A stretch of 64,000 bases of DNA. It comes from Octopus sinensis. Taxonomy: Eukaryota. The stretch lies in assembly GCF_006345805.1 (NCBI RefSeq), contig NC_043001.1, positions 59,272,001 to 59,336,000 of the forward strand, read 5' to 3'. Made by a program: the position numbers and the translations under genes. Positions 13,401-25,568 of this stretch are shown here, piece after piece (the first letter of the stretch is position 1; each line of letters starts with the position of its first letter). The notes beneath the pieces are model-generated. The model had not been told where the DNA came from. It searched no databases and saw only the letters and a program-made list of their open reading frames with translations.

Positions 13401-14431
13401 TTACGTGTGAATTTTCAACTGAAAATAGGAAACATTGAACTTCTAGAAGAATTTTTCCTGTGTTGTGAGGCTTTTCAGTCGAACTGATGATATGCTTAGT
13501 TACTCTCCTCTCTCAACAACTGTAATTGTTATTATTATACGTTAGAATAGGTTTATTTTCTCTCCGACTTATGAATGCCTTTGAATCGCCGCATTTTATT
13601 CTTGCATGACTTTTACACAAATTTCATCACCCATTATATAAGTTGAGCTAAGGGCATATACAGAAGTCTTCGATTCTCCGTTTCTATGGCTTCCCAACAT
13701 TTCATGCCATGTTTTTCGCATTAACTTTGAGCACATTGTGATCTGTGAATTAACTACGAAACAGGTGTATAATTCATCATCTGAAACAGTAATCCATTAA
13801 TATCACATCAATATTTTCTCCACAACTTCACCCACTCTTCCTTCCACACACATATTACTTATCTACCTTTCATGATTTCTTTAATTTCTATTTTTTGTAA
13901 ATCTGATATATGTGTTATGTGTTGGCAATGAATATACAATTCCTTTCAAAAGTTTCTCGCTTTCAGACCACATCTAAACAACTTCTTGGATTTTTTCACA
14001 CACCTCCATGTCATATAACACATCGCATACCTGTGCTACACAGCTTCTGCATTTCTTACCGATAATAATTTTCTACATTAATTTATATATTTAATCTTGT
14101 TTTATGTTAAGCTTTTATTGGCGATTCATTTCGTCTGTGTTCCGTAAAATCTAAAGAGGCTTACCTGAACTTATTCTAAATAACAAAAATTATAAGTATT
14201 TTGTTTCAAAGCATAAAACTGCATTTTTTAAAATAAATTTACGTCAAAATTATTTAATACTTTGTGAATTGTTATTGAGTTTATTGAAAATTGCATGGAT
14301 TTAAAAATGAGAACAGCTTGTTCAATCATTTGGAATTGATTATTGAATAATTTGCCCGTTGATTCTCACTATACTATTTAAATCCATTGTATTGTTATAT
14401 ATGTATATATATATATAATATATGTATATAG

Positions 14432-14678
14432 TCTTTAATTCTTTTACTTGTTTCTATTATTTGACAGCGGCCATGCAGGATCACCGCCTTAAGTCGAGCA
14501 AATCAATCCCAGGACTTATTCTTTATAAGCCTAGTACTTATTCTATCGGTCAATTTTGCTGAAAAGCTAAGTTACGGGGACATAAACACACCATCATCAG
14601 TTGTCGAGCGATGTTGGGAAGACAAATACAGATACACACCCACATAATACATACACACACACACATAATGCATACACA

Positions 14679-14738
<60 letters not shown>

Positions 14739-14882
14739 GTAGGACAGACTTCTTTCAGTTTCCGTTTACCAAATCCACTCACAAGGATTTGGACAGCCCG
14801 AGGCTATAGTGTAAGACACTTTCTCAAGATGACACGCAGTGGGACTGAACCCGGTACCATGTGGTTGGTAAGCAAGCTACTT
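14432..14882 (-). mobile_element. SINE family B copy
   Basis: Homologous to 9125-9622, with internal (CA)n(TA)n. Confidence 0.85.
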
Positions 14883-15019
14883 TATTTCATTAAGATTTGC
14901 CATAAAAGCATTACAAATAGTAGCTTGCGGGCTGGACACATACATTGATGAGGTGAATGATGAAACAAGGATGATATTGATGGTAGAAGACAAAAAACAC
15001 CCGTCGATTTCTGCTTCTC

Positions 15020-16390
15020 TAAAACATTATTCTTCTTTTTTTCAACAGAAAAAAACAAAACGAGGTATTGAACCTCTCACGACATTTTTTACAATTAATA
15101 GTCCATTACAAATAATAAAATATTCAATATACAATAAGCACTAGTCCATTTACAAAGGAGGCACTGAGCCTCTTACACTTTATAACACTGAGGCTTTTCA
15201 ACCTCTTGTCAATTTTCCCCTACATCATCGCTTGTGTCCGAATATTCCACCATCGTCCATGCTTGTTCTAAAACCAAGGCGTGCTCCGAGCTGGCGTCAT
15301 CCTGCCACAAGCGATATTCCTCTTTTATTCCCTCCAGCCTATGTAACATGCGCAACGTTATGACCTCCACAGCTATCTGCGGAGGCCATTCGAGATCCCG
15401 TGTGAAGGCCAAAGGTACTCCCTCGTCGTGTTCTTCCACCAACTTTTCCACCACTCCGCCTCTATAACAGAAGACCTACAGTTCTTCGTCCGCCGGGTCC
15501 GAGGGAGTTCATTTCTAACTTTGTCGGCACAATTCTCGCCAATTGTGTCTCCCCCACCCCGGTAGCACAACCGACGAGGCTTCGGGACACTCCGGTGCTA
15601 TATCTCCGACTGCCGGCAATGTCCCGTTTCTCCTCTTCCGATTTGTTTTCTTCTCGACTGGATGAGGGTGCGTCTCCTCCATGACCGAGAGATTCGCCTC
15701 CCTTCCCTCATCCCCAGGATCCTTCGGTAAGCACCCATTATTTCTCACCTTCTTCCTTTTGCGGCTCTTCTTTGAGGAGTTCTCAGACTCCTCGGCCGCC
15801 TTCATTCCCTCTTCCACAGAGGTCTCCGTTAACCGCTCAAGGATTTTGCTTTGCCCTCGAGGACAGTTCTTTTTTATATGGCCAGGCTCCAGGCTGACTG
15901 GGACAATAGGGTAAAAAAAAAAATTATCTCTCCCAGTCAGGCGCAGGCAGAATATTTACGTTGAGGAGCTTGCCACCTAGACCCCGGCGGATAGTATCTC
16001 CTATCCACTCTGGCTCAACTCCGGGTGACAAGCCGCAAACCCAAGCCCTCGTCAACTTCTTCCCACAATAAGTGGGAAGAAACAAAATTTCATTGCCCTC
16101 CAGGGGCTGGCTCGCAAATTCACAAGCCACTTCTAAGGAGACGAACAGCAACCACATGGTTGCATATTTGACACCCCTCCCTCCGAGCGATAAACTGAAT
16201 CGCTGAATCTTACTTTCATTTTCTTTTAATCATCTTTTGTGTTGTATAATTTTCCACTCCATCAACTTTGCGTTGTCATTTACATTCTTTTTTTAAAGAG
16301 TCCAAAAATACAGTTCTTAAAATTCAAAATAATTAAGGAAAAAGAAGTAAGAGAAAAATGTCCAAACGAAATGGAAGGAATAAAAATTTA
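15020..16390 (-). mobile_element. L1/Tx1-like ORF1 (gag-like) relic with no adjacent ORF2
   Basis: Minus-strand frameshifted ORF pieces (15924-16157 PTYCGKKLTRAWVCGL; knuckle-like GHIKKNCP at ~15860-15890; basic tract KKSRKRKK; 15209-15454 ending in a stop) are followed by ~190 bp of AT-rich 3' UTR-like sequence. GC content is higher than the flanks. Confidence 0.6.
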
Positions 16391-16410
16391 ACAGTAAGGC
16401 GCAGGAGTGG

Positions 16411-17152
16411 GAAATCTTTTCGGTTTGAACGGCAGTTTTTAACATAATTTCTAGGTAACTAAAAGATTTTAAACTTCGTATACTGGTAGAATGTGTTTAT
16501 AAAACATCTTTTTCTCTTGGCTTTATTGAGAAAATTCTATAGTTTGTAAAATATTTGGCCTTTAATTTTTTGCATTTCGGCAATTTCAACCAATCAATGA
16601 CCGTCTCTTGAGGTGAAAACATTCTGTGCCGTATTAATATGTCCCTCGTTTAAGAAACAGATTGGGTTTATTTACATTTGTGAAGAAAAAAAGATACCCT
16701 TCTCCCCACCCATAACCCTAACCCTGCCGTTTTTTCTAGCCGTGTCATATGAAATTGTCACCCATGATGATGACCCTAGAATCGATCTATTGCATTTCAA
16801 TCTATTTTAGATTTAGGGTTAGTTAGGGTTAGTTAGGGTTAGGGTTAGGGTTAGGGGTGGGGGAAGGGTATCTCTTTTTCTTCACAAATGTAAATAAATC
16901 CAATCTGTTTCTTAAAAGATGGACATATTCATACGGCACAGAATGCTTTTTAACTCAATAGACGCCAATGATTGGTTGAAATTGCCGAAATTGAAGAAAT
17001 TAAAGACCAAATATCTTACAAACTACAGAATTTTCTTAATAAAGCCAAGAGAAAAGTATGTTTTATAAACACATTCTACCAGTATGAAGTTTAAAATGTT
17101 TTAGTTACCTAGAAATTATGTTAAAAACTGCCGTTCAAACCGAAAAGATCCA
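16411..17152. mobile_element. Palindromic MITE with ~300-bp inverted arms and internal TTAGGG repeats; 6-bp TSD GAGTGG
   Basis: ATCTTTTCGGTTTGAACGGCAGTTTTT (16414) pairs with AAAAACTGCCGTTCAAACCGAAAAGAT (to 17149), and the arms match inward to ~16725/16845. GAGTGG occurs at 16405-16410 and 17153-17158. Confidence 0.85.
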
Positions 17153-17308
17153 GAGTGGCTGTGTGGTAAGTAGCTTGCTTACCAACCGCATGGTTCTGGG
17201 TTTATTCCCACTGCGTGGCACCTTCGGCAAGTGTCTGCTACTATAGCCTCGGGCCGACCAAAACCATGTGAGTGAAGCTGGTAGACGGAAACTAAAAGAA
17301 GCTCGTAG

Positions 17309-17340
<32 letters not shown>

Positions 17341-17866
17341 CGAGCACCCCCCCCCCCGTCCAATGGACTGTGCTGAATCGTATCTGTTGAATAAAAAGCT
17401 ATCAGTGTTTTCTTTTCATTAACAAATAATTAAGCATGCCTTTATTTCAATAAAATTTTTGATTTTGTTAAACGAAGTTCAGGCAAAAAAAAAATATATT
17501 TTTGAGAAAGCAAATAGTCTTTCTTTCCTTCAGGCCAAGTTTGAAGAAAATATCTATTTTGCATCTTACTTTTTTGGTCTCTTAAATATACTGCATTTTG
17601 AGGCATTATTTCAAGCCTGCATTTTTCTCGCGTACGCGTAGTATTGCTCGCAACAGCTGATGTACTTGCGCGTACAAATTCACGTTCCCACGGCTTTATC
17701 AATCACATTCTCACCTGGAATCGATTTTTGTAATTTTTCAAGATTTATACACGCCTCAATACCGTCGGTATCTACATATCAAATTTGAGCGCAATCGGAT
17801 GGAGGATGCCCGAGATCGTAGAAGACACACACAGAGACAGACAGAACGGATTTTATATAATATACA
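17341..17866 (-). mobile_element. Non-autonomous Helitron-like element inserted in the (TA)n tract of a SINE
   Basis: On +: A-CGAG-CA (mutated CTAG end), hairpin GTCC-AAT-GGAC, CAAATTTGAGCGCAATCGG, (ACAG)n, then TTTTATATAATATA. This is the reverse of the layout at 9626-10539. Both termini are mutated. Confidence 0.55.
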
Positions 17867-18479
17867 TATATATATATATATATATATTGGTTTGGCAAAA
17901 GAGACCGATAGAATAAGTACTAGCCTTACAAAGAGTAAGTCCTGGGGTCGATTTGCACGACTAAAGGCGGCGCTCCGGCATGCACGCAGTCAAATGACTG
18001 AAACAAGTATATGAGTAAAAGAGTTCAAGAAAGAGTTCTTTAAAAAATAAATTATAGGTGAAGAAAGAACAACAGTTCAAGACAGAGCAAAGGCCACTCG
18101 GTACTCCAGGCCAAAATTTTAACGCAATTGTTAAACATTTAAAAAAATCATTCCAATTTTGAGAGGAACAATATTGTTGAAATTTTTCTAAAAATTCCCA
18201 CGGAGTAATTCCTGGACAAACACTACTTTCAAACAAAATTTTGCGGCAGGATACGCCATAATCCACATATCCAAACACACACTTCAATAGCGTCACCTCT
18301 TTACACACCCCACACAAGTACATAATACCTGAGCACAGACAATATATAGACATGCATGCAACAAGCATTAACGCACGCAAAACGCATAGACAGATAACTT
18401 TCGCCCGCAGAAACTTACATACTCACCCCCATTCATATATACTCACACACACCATTTTCTCATACACCTTCGCGCGCGG

Positions 18480-18760
18480 GAGTAAATTCGTTCGACCGGG
18501 TCACCGTCATTATCTCCCTGACATTCATCCTCTCCTGGCTGTTACATAACGTTGAACCGTTAATCGCTACACGTTTCTTCTCTCTCCTTTTTCGTTTATT
18601 TTCATTCTCTCTCATTTTTCCCCCTCTTAATCCCTTCTGTCGAAGACCGTAGGCTCGAAACGTAAACGACTTTACTATTCTTTCCGAACGTTAAACTAAT
18701 ACACCTACTTGTTGTTCCTGCACCTGTCTTTGTCTTTTGCTTTCTGTAAATTTGAACCAT
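18480..18760 (+). mobile_element. PLE-tail-like short element with variant hammerhead (18633-18668), ending in (TA)n
   Basis: CTT-CTGTCGA-A-GACC-GTAG-GCTC-GAAACGTA. The following ~100 bp is homologous to the reverse complement of 34851-34945. The 5' boundary is approximate. Confidence 0.55.
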
Positions 18761-18777
18761 ATATATATATATATGTA

Positions 18778-18821
<44 letters not shown>

Positions 18822-21242
18822 TAGTGAATACCATGCCAGTATAGACGTAGGGTAGATACACACCGAATTCGGGGTTGTCAAGAATCTTGAAATCCAACTT
18901 ATCCTAATTATGGTAACATAGTCAGGCACATTAATTTCCAAATGTAAATGTACGTACCCTAAAAAGTCTGCTGTTTGGACCACGGAATTGCAAGGAAACA
19001 TAGGTTGAAGATAAAGATATAGATGCAAGAATATGGGTGTATACAACTTGAGGAGATTTAACACAGATAGCTACAACGGGATCATAGTAGCTTGTGATAG
19101 AATTCTTTAGATGGGAACGGACACTGTTGTCTAAATCTATTGAGGTCCAAAGTCGATATCAACAGATAATCTGAGATAGGTATAGAACGTTTTTTAAAAA
19201 ATAAAGTTATACGTCTTTGGTTGTTCTGTACTAATTAAAATATAGAGTTTTTATACTGAGATATTTATATATTATGCAAGATCAAATAAAACATTTTTTT
19301 TGGTTTTCTATTTACTTTGCATGTTTCTTTATGCAAAATAGTGTGGTGAAATAGCTTTTGTTGCAGTTCGAGTGGATGGGGTTCTCTTTATGATAAATTA
19401 AGGTTTAGCAAATGCGCGTCGCGAAATGGCAATGAAATAGATCTGGTGAATGTAGCTGATTGATAGATTGAATGTCCGAACAATTAATCAAGTAGACTAT
19501 TAATTTATTTGTCAAATGCTTAACGAGTTGACTAATAACGAGGAAGCAAAACTGTACCAATGCCTGTGTTTCTTATTAGCATAATGACGCTCTTGAGTTA
19601 CAACAACATAAAATCAAGTCATCAGAGATTAAAAACTGGAAAAAAAACATGGATTTTTTTCGTTTACTTCTAACTCCTTGAAAATCTTCAGTTGATTGTT
19701 TCCAAATTTTAAACATACATGTAATTTCGCATGCTGATGACGAATATCGCATTCAATTTTGAGAAAGTGAATAGTAAAGAAGTTAGAGGCAATTAAAGTT
19801 ATATAGTTTTAGCCAATGAAATAAGTCCAGCTTCACAAGCGAAACTCCAGTGTTTGGCAACTCCAGTGTATCGCTGTATCCACGGAACCATATACAAATT
19901 TTGGAAAATGAAACTTTCTGTTCAGATCTCCCGTACACAAATTCTATAGTCAACTAAATCATCCTTAGAAACCTAGTAGTTGTCAATGTTTTCCCCACAA
20001 CAGTATGAGTAAACAATGATAAACTGGGGTTGCTATAACAAACAGTTTCGACTTCCGCTAAAAAGACACTGTCTTGAAATCAATTGTCTAACAATATGTA
20101 AACTTAAATCCTTCTTACTTCTCTATTATAAATTTTGCAAAATAATAAATGCGATACCTGTCATAAGAATGCAAAAATATACCAAAAGTACATTTTTTGA
20201 AAATTTTCAGAAAAAATTTGTGGTTGGAAGAAAACGAAAAACATCGAAAAATATAATACCTGATAGTTTTAAATATTTTCGCATGATTGTTTAATTTAAT
20301 TGTATATTGGTTGGGTGTCCTTTCCTGTTTTCATTGTTGAGACAGATCGAGAGTGTCTTGATTGTATAAACACGTAGTCGTTGAAGGTCATAACCATTTC
20401 AGTTTTTTTTTTTTTCAGACAAGTTCAATTCAGTTACGATATACTTATCGCTTAGACTAATGGCATCTCCACAACAGTATATTTCATAAAATTTGAGATT
20501 GTATGAAATTTGAAATTTTATCACAATCATAAAAACTGCAAAGTCCACATCGCACATATATATTCACATATTTCCAAGAAAATACACTCATTCATGCACA
20601 GTCAAATTCACAAAAATACAAATACGTCGACTTGCATGGATATATGATTAAAGAAATGAAAAACAGAAACGTTTAAAGCGAAGATGAAGGCGTTACTAAA
20701 GAGAACATTATTATGAATACGTATTTTATATGAATAGGGCTCCATACGAAACAAGCTCAACAGACACATAAATCAGGTAATCTCGTTCAAAACATTGAAA
20801 CAACGAATCTCTCCAAAACCTGAAGAGTAACATCAATGTGACCGTGCTGTTAGAACTATATCTAGACTTGGCAGGCCTTGTTCTTATGAGGCAGGATCAT
20901 TGTCTGTACAAGATAGTACAATGGCACGGTAACCATTGGCCATCGGGACAGTGGAGCACTTAGCAAAAGATAAAGTTTCTTTTTTCTTATGGGCCCATCA
21001 TTACTGTCACATTAACCATCTCAAAGATTCCTGGTGCCACAGTATTCAACATTGTCTTCTCTTTGTAGAATGCATGCAGGATTGTCCTTGACAATAGCAT
21101 AACATAAAGAACAATGACACAGCAACACTGAGCCTTTCCGTTCTGCATTTGTCACGTGACTACGAGTAAAACTGCAATAGATATGGGTAGTCCTATTCTA
21201 GAATATTCTTTCATAAAACCAAGAGATGAAGATATAGTTTTG

Positions 21243-21246
<4 letters not shown>

Positions 21247-21308
<62 letters not shown>

Positions 21309-21385
21309 CACACACGCACACATACACACACACACACACACGCACACATACACACACACACACGCACGCACACACACACACATAC
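21247..21385. repeat. (CT)n-(CA)n microsatellite
   Basis: Directly visible. Confidence 0.95.
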
Positions 21386-22319
21386 CAAGAGGTAAATATG
21401 CGCGTGTTTGAGTATGTGTGCGTATTAAGATTGTGTGAATATAGAGTAAGTTATTGAAACTATGAGTCCATTAGGTATTCAAGTAATTTTTGTCTTTAAA
21501 TATATTTTACTGCTGGCAATAACATTTTTGTATATTTAGGCCTATTATTATCGACAAATATGACTTGGTTATTATTGAGAAAAATTTGCATTGATCAAGA
21601 AGATTTTCAATATAATGATGTTAATTATGTGTCGTCAGAGCTGGCAATGATGGATATATGCCTGCAGGCTATTGTTAGGTTACTTTTCTAAGGCTTTATT
21701 ACATTTATTGTAGCCAATAAAAATATCTATTAGCCTGCCACTAGATATTATAAGTAACTAGGAAACCATCCAATTCTAATTCTTTTCGAATTGAAATTGT
21801 GGTAATGGTTCATTATTGAATATACTTACTTGCAGGCTTCTTTCAATAATGATTTTGAAATTATCTAATATTTATCACAATATATAGTAGGTTTCATATA
21901 GATTATTTTCATTCTACAAATCTTGTTTTCTTATTTTCTAGTTTGGGGTTGTCTACATGCAGATTTTGACCCTTTTCAATGTCCTTGTCGATTTATAGAA
22001 CGCAAAATCATTTTCCATGTTGAATGTCATATTGGAATTTATGGCTGACCTACCTTAAAAAAGTCAAGTCTATTTTCTTTATAGATTATAAAATATCCTG
22101 TATATTCTGAATATATATGTATGTATATGTATACACACACACAGACACACACACAGACACACACACACATATATATATATATATAAAGAGAGAGAGAGAG
22201 AGGGGGGAGGAGAGAGAAAGAGAGAGCGGAAGAGAGAGAGAAAGAGGAAGCTAGATAGATAAATAAATATATATACATGCCTCTGCTTCTTTGTCTCTTT
22301 ATATATGTACACTTACATG

Positions 22320-22432
22320 CAAAAAAGATCGATAGAATAAGTTCTCGTCTTACAAAGAATAATTCCTGGGGTCGATTTCATCGACTAAGAGCGGTGGTCC
22401 AGCATGGCCTTAGTTAAATGACTAAAACGTGT
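22320..22432 (+). mobile_element. SINE family B 3' fragment
   Basis: CGATAGAATAAG ... CCTGGGGTCGATT ... CCAGCATGGCC matches the other family B copies. Confidence 0.7.
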
Positions 22433-22445
22433 AATATATATATAT

Positions 22446-22770
22446 GCGACTCCATCGGTTACGACGTCCAGGGTTCCAGTCGTTCGGATCAACGGAAAAC
22501 TTGCTCTCGTGAAATTAACGTGCAAGTGGCTGAGCATTCCACAGACTCGCGTAGCCTTAACGTAGTTCTCAGGAGAATTCAGCGAGACACAGAGTGTGAC
22601 AAGGCTGGCCCTTCGAAATACAGATACTACTCATTTTTGCTAGTTGAGTGAACTGCAGCAACATGAAATATAGTGTCTTGCTCAAGAACACAACGCGTCG
22701 CCGGGAATTAAACTCATGACCTTATGATCTTTAGCCGAATACCCTTACAACTAAGCCACGCGCCTTCAAC
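22446..22770 (-). mobile_element. tRNA-derived SINE family C
   Basis: Minus-strand head AAGGCGCGTGGCTTAGTTGTAAGGG (A box), GAGTTTAATTCCC (B box), then GTGTTCTTGAGCAAGACACT. Confidence 0.7.
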
Positions 22771-23062
22771 CATGGTGAAAGTAGATGGCTCAGTGGTTAA
22801 GGTGTTGCACTCACGATTGCGAGATTGTGGGTTCGTTGTGTTCTTGAGCAAGTCATTTCATTTCACGTTGCTCTGCGATAATTTCGTCATCGGATATATG
22901 GCACCCCTTGCACCTGTACAGGTAATGTCGATTTGATGGAGGGGGTGAACTTATGTGTACACAAACATTTGATCACTACAAACAAATCATCTGTGTGGTT
23001 GTTTGGTAAGAAACTGTGGAACCCACATACGTCATCTAACGATGGGAGAGTCCATAACAAAC
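22771..23062 (+). mobile_element. tRNA-derived SINE (family D), head-to-head with the preceding SINE
   Basis: A box TGGCTCAGTGGTTAAG, truncated B box GGGTTCG, GTGTTCTTGAGCAAG, AC-rich tail. Confidence 0.6.
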
Positions 23063-23073
23063 ACTTACACACA

Positions 23074-23139
<66 letters not shown>

Positions 23140-23172
23140 ATGTATGCATGTATGTATATAATACAAAGATGT

Positions 23173-23677
23173 AATCTATATAAGATTTTATCAAGTAGCC
23201 AACGTGCAAGACTAATTAAGGAAAAAATTAATACGATGTGTATAATTTTTTCCTTATATATAAAATACATTATTATATCAAGGGCTCTTACTATAAGTAA
23301 AGCAACACTTCTGTATTGGGACTCTAAAGTCAAGCTACTTCAATAAATATATACAGGGATGGAACATAAAGTTTAGTATTATATCATTAATGATGTCATG
23401 GTCAACATGTATAACGTGCTCTCCATTCATCACTACGAACATAACCAGAAAAATATAAACATAAACAACTATATATGGCGAACACAAGCGCGTCCAGCAG
23501 AGCATATACCAATGTTCACACTTATATATCCATGAAAGGGGCTTCTCTTTCTTTCTCATTTCAGCCGCATGTGCATAATCGGAATAATTCAGCACTGAAT
23601 ATATTCCTGTTTAATTTTCATAAATAAGATATAAGGATAAAATCTATATAAGATTTTATGAAGTAGCCAGCGTGCAA
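23173..23677. mobile_element. 468-bp unit with a 37-bp terminal direct repeat; structured non-coding element related to 57140-57602
   Basis: AATCTATATAAGATTTTAT(C/G)AAGTAGCCA(A/G)CGTGCAA occurs at 23173-23209 and 23641-23677. It shares TTTATCAAGTAGC ... GGGACTCT(A/T)AAGTCAA ... CTAC with 57160-57292. Confidence 0.6.
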
Positions 23678-24519
23678 TTAATGACGTTTTGATTACATGT
23701 GCGGTGTTCTTTTAAGTGGAAGATTTATCATTGACGTTTACGGGGAGAAAAATATTCAAATTTAATGCTAGCAGGGCAGAAATATTTTATTACTAAGGAT
23801 CGATAATCCTTAATTTACTCGACCCCCACCGCCACATACACACACACTCCTGCATACATATAAGCTCGAAGAAACTATTCTTTGAATAAAGGTTAATGAA
23901 TCGTGTGTATAAAATTTTAGATTTCTTAATGAATAAAGAGGTTTCAAAAGTAAATAGAAAAAAATTAATGTAAATAGCCCACCGGTCATCAAGCTGGCGA
24001 ACACCGTAAACTAGTCGAATATACCCACAGGAGAGACAGACAGTTCAACTTTTGACTGCAGCCTGTTCATTTCGTTAAACTCACTAAACATTATTTTAAC
24101 ATCGCTTTTAAACTATTTTACACGTACTGCAATAGTGAATGGAGTCATTTAGATATTACTAAGTTATGTTCTTGCATTTTAATGTAATTACTTTTGAAAG
24201 TATGCTGACTATAATATAATGAGAGGGTTTATTGTTATTGCTCTTGTTTTAAAAATCTGGGTTCGCACTAATCGTAGACTGATGATCAAATCCAGTTAAG
24301 GACATAGCAATAAATAGTGTATCGAGGACTGCATTATCCAATATGCCATTCTTTGTTTTTTAGGGGTCGGGGTGAGGAACAGACTGCTATATTTAAGTCT
24401 GTTTGCAGTTTGTGATATATGTATTAAATTGTTTTTTATGATTAAGCAGAGCTTCTTAAAAGAACACCCAATTAAGCTACAATGTTTAGTACCTGAGATA
24501 TCATAGCTCGGACACAGCT

Positions 24520-25075
24520 TGCAACTGGGTTGAAAATTGTTGCGGAAGGATTCTGACCAACAGATTATGGATGCAATGTTAGTGGACTGTGAATTCGCAG
24601 TACCATATCTGGAGAATATAATCATCAAAAGCTAATGTTGGGACCAACATGTAGAGCACATAAAATATGTGTTCGAAAATATTGAAATAATGTTATTCCT
24701 CGTAAAAGGAAAAAAATGTCGAACATAAAAGACATATTAACCAACTTCAAAAAAAGATTCACTGAAACTACAGTCACGAGAAATGAAATCCCCATGGACG
24801 TATTGTACGACATGTGTGAGGTACCAACAGGTTGCCCTACTCTTCCCTCAGGATTTTCCTGAGATGATCAACAATTGGATGCGAAGTTCTTTTGGTAGAG
24901 TGCTCCAATTTTCCCTATACGGTACAGTCTAAGGTCTTCAAGTCTGGACTGGAAGAAGTTCAGAATTTTGCAGGCCAAAGGTCTTCGCAGAATTTTTGCA
25001 CTTTCTTTGCCGAATGAGCAGGAGCACCATCTTTGGTCCACATATAATAAAGACTGGAATTGAACACTAAGCATA
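24520..25075 (-). pseudogene. Mariner/maT-type transposase C-terminal relic
   Basis: Minus strand YMWTKDGAPAHSAKKVQKFCE ... SSSPDLKTLD resembles the QQDGAPAH and SPDLNPLD catalytic motifs. Frameshifted; boundaries approximate. Confidence 0.6.
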
Positions 25076-25535
25076 AGAGATATTAAAACTATGGGCGGAG
25101 TTTGAATCTCGAAAGAGGAGTAGTTAGGGGAGACTAATTCTGAAAAGGGGAGATTTTGAAAGGATTCCGACCACCCTCATTTGACTAGAAAGTGGACTGA
25201 CATATATCTATAAAATAGACAACTGTCGAGTTGTCAGTAATAGATATGAGCCTTTGATTAGTAAGCAATTAACTGTGAGCCGTTGTCAGAGAGCGCATTG
25301 CGTCGTGCAAATACCCTCCTTCTCTCCGCTTCGTTAAATTATATATCCAGCACCAGGATATAAAAAAACATATTTTCAACTATATGTACACAGGAGAATA
25401 TGTTTAAGTTGGTAGAAATATAGTATTTCTGTTGTGTATGGGTGAATTTCGTTGTCCTATAGTTCTGAATTATTCCGTGTGTGTGTGTTTGCGTGTGCGC
25501 GCGTATGTGTTTGTATGTGTGTGTATGTGTACGTT

Positions 25536-25568
<33 letters not shown>

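Larger units (their letters stand above)
16397..18025 (+). mobile_element. SINE family B copy split by two nested insertions
   Basis: Head AGGCGCAGGAGTGG (16397-16410) resumes as GAGTGGCTGTGTGGTAAG at 17153. The 3' half GAGACCGATAGAATAAGTAC ... GAAACAAGTA lies at ~17890-18020. Confidence 0.8.

Noticed and set aside
13480-13775. Hammerhead at the 3' end of the degraded PLE (CTGATGA at ~13484; GAAACAGGTGTA at ~13758)
   Set aside because: I could not pair the two halves into consistent stems. It may be a decayed motif but is not supportable.
16813-16857. True telomere or chromosome-fusion scar
   Set aside because: There are only a few TTAGGG units, and they lie inside a TSD-flanked palindromic transposon.
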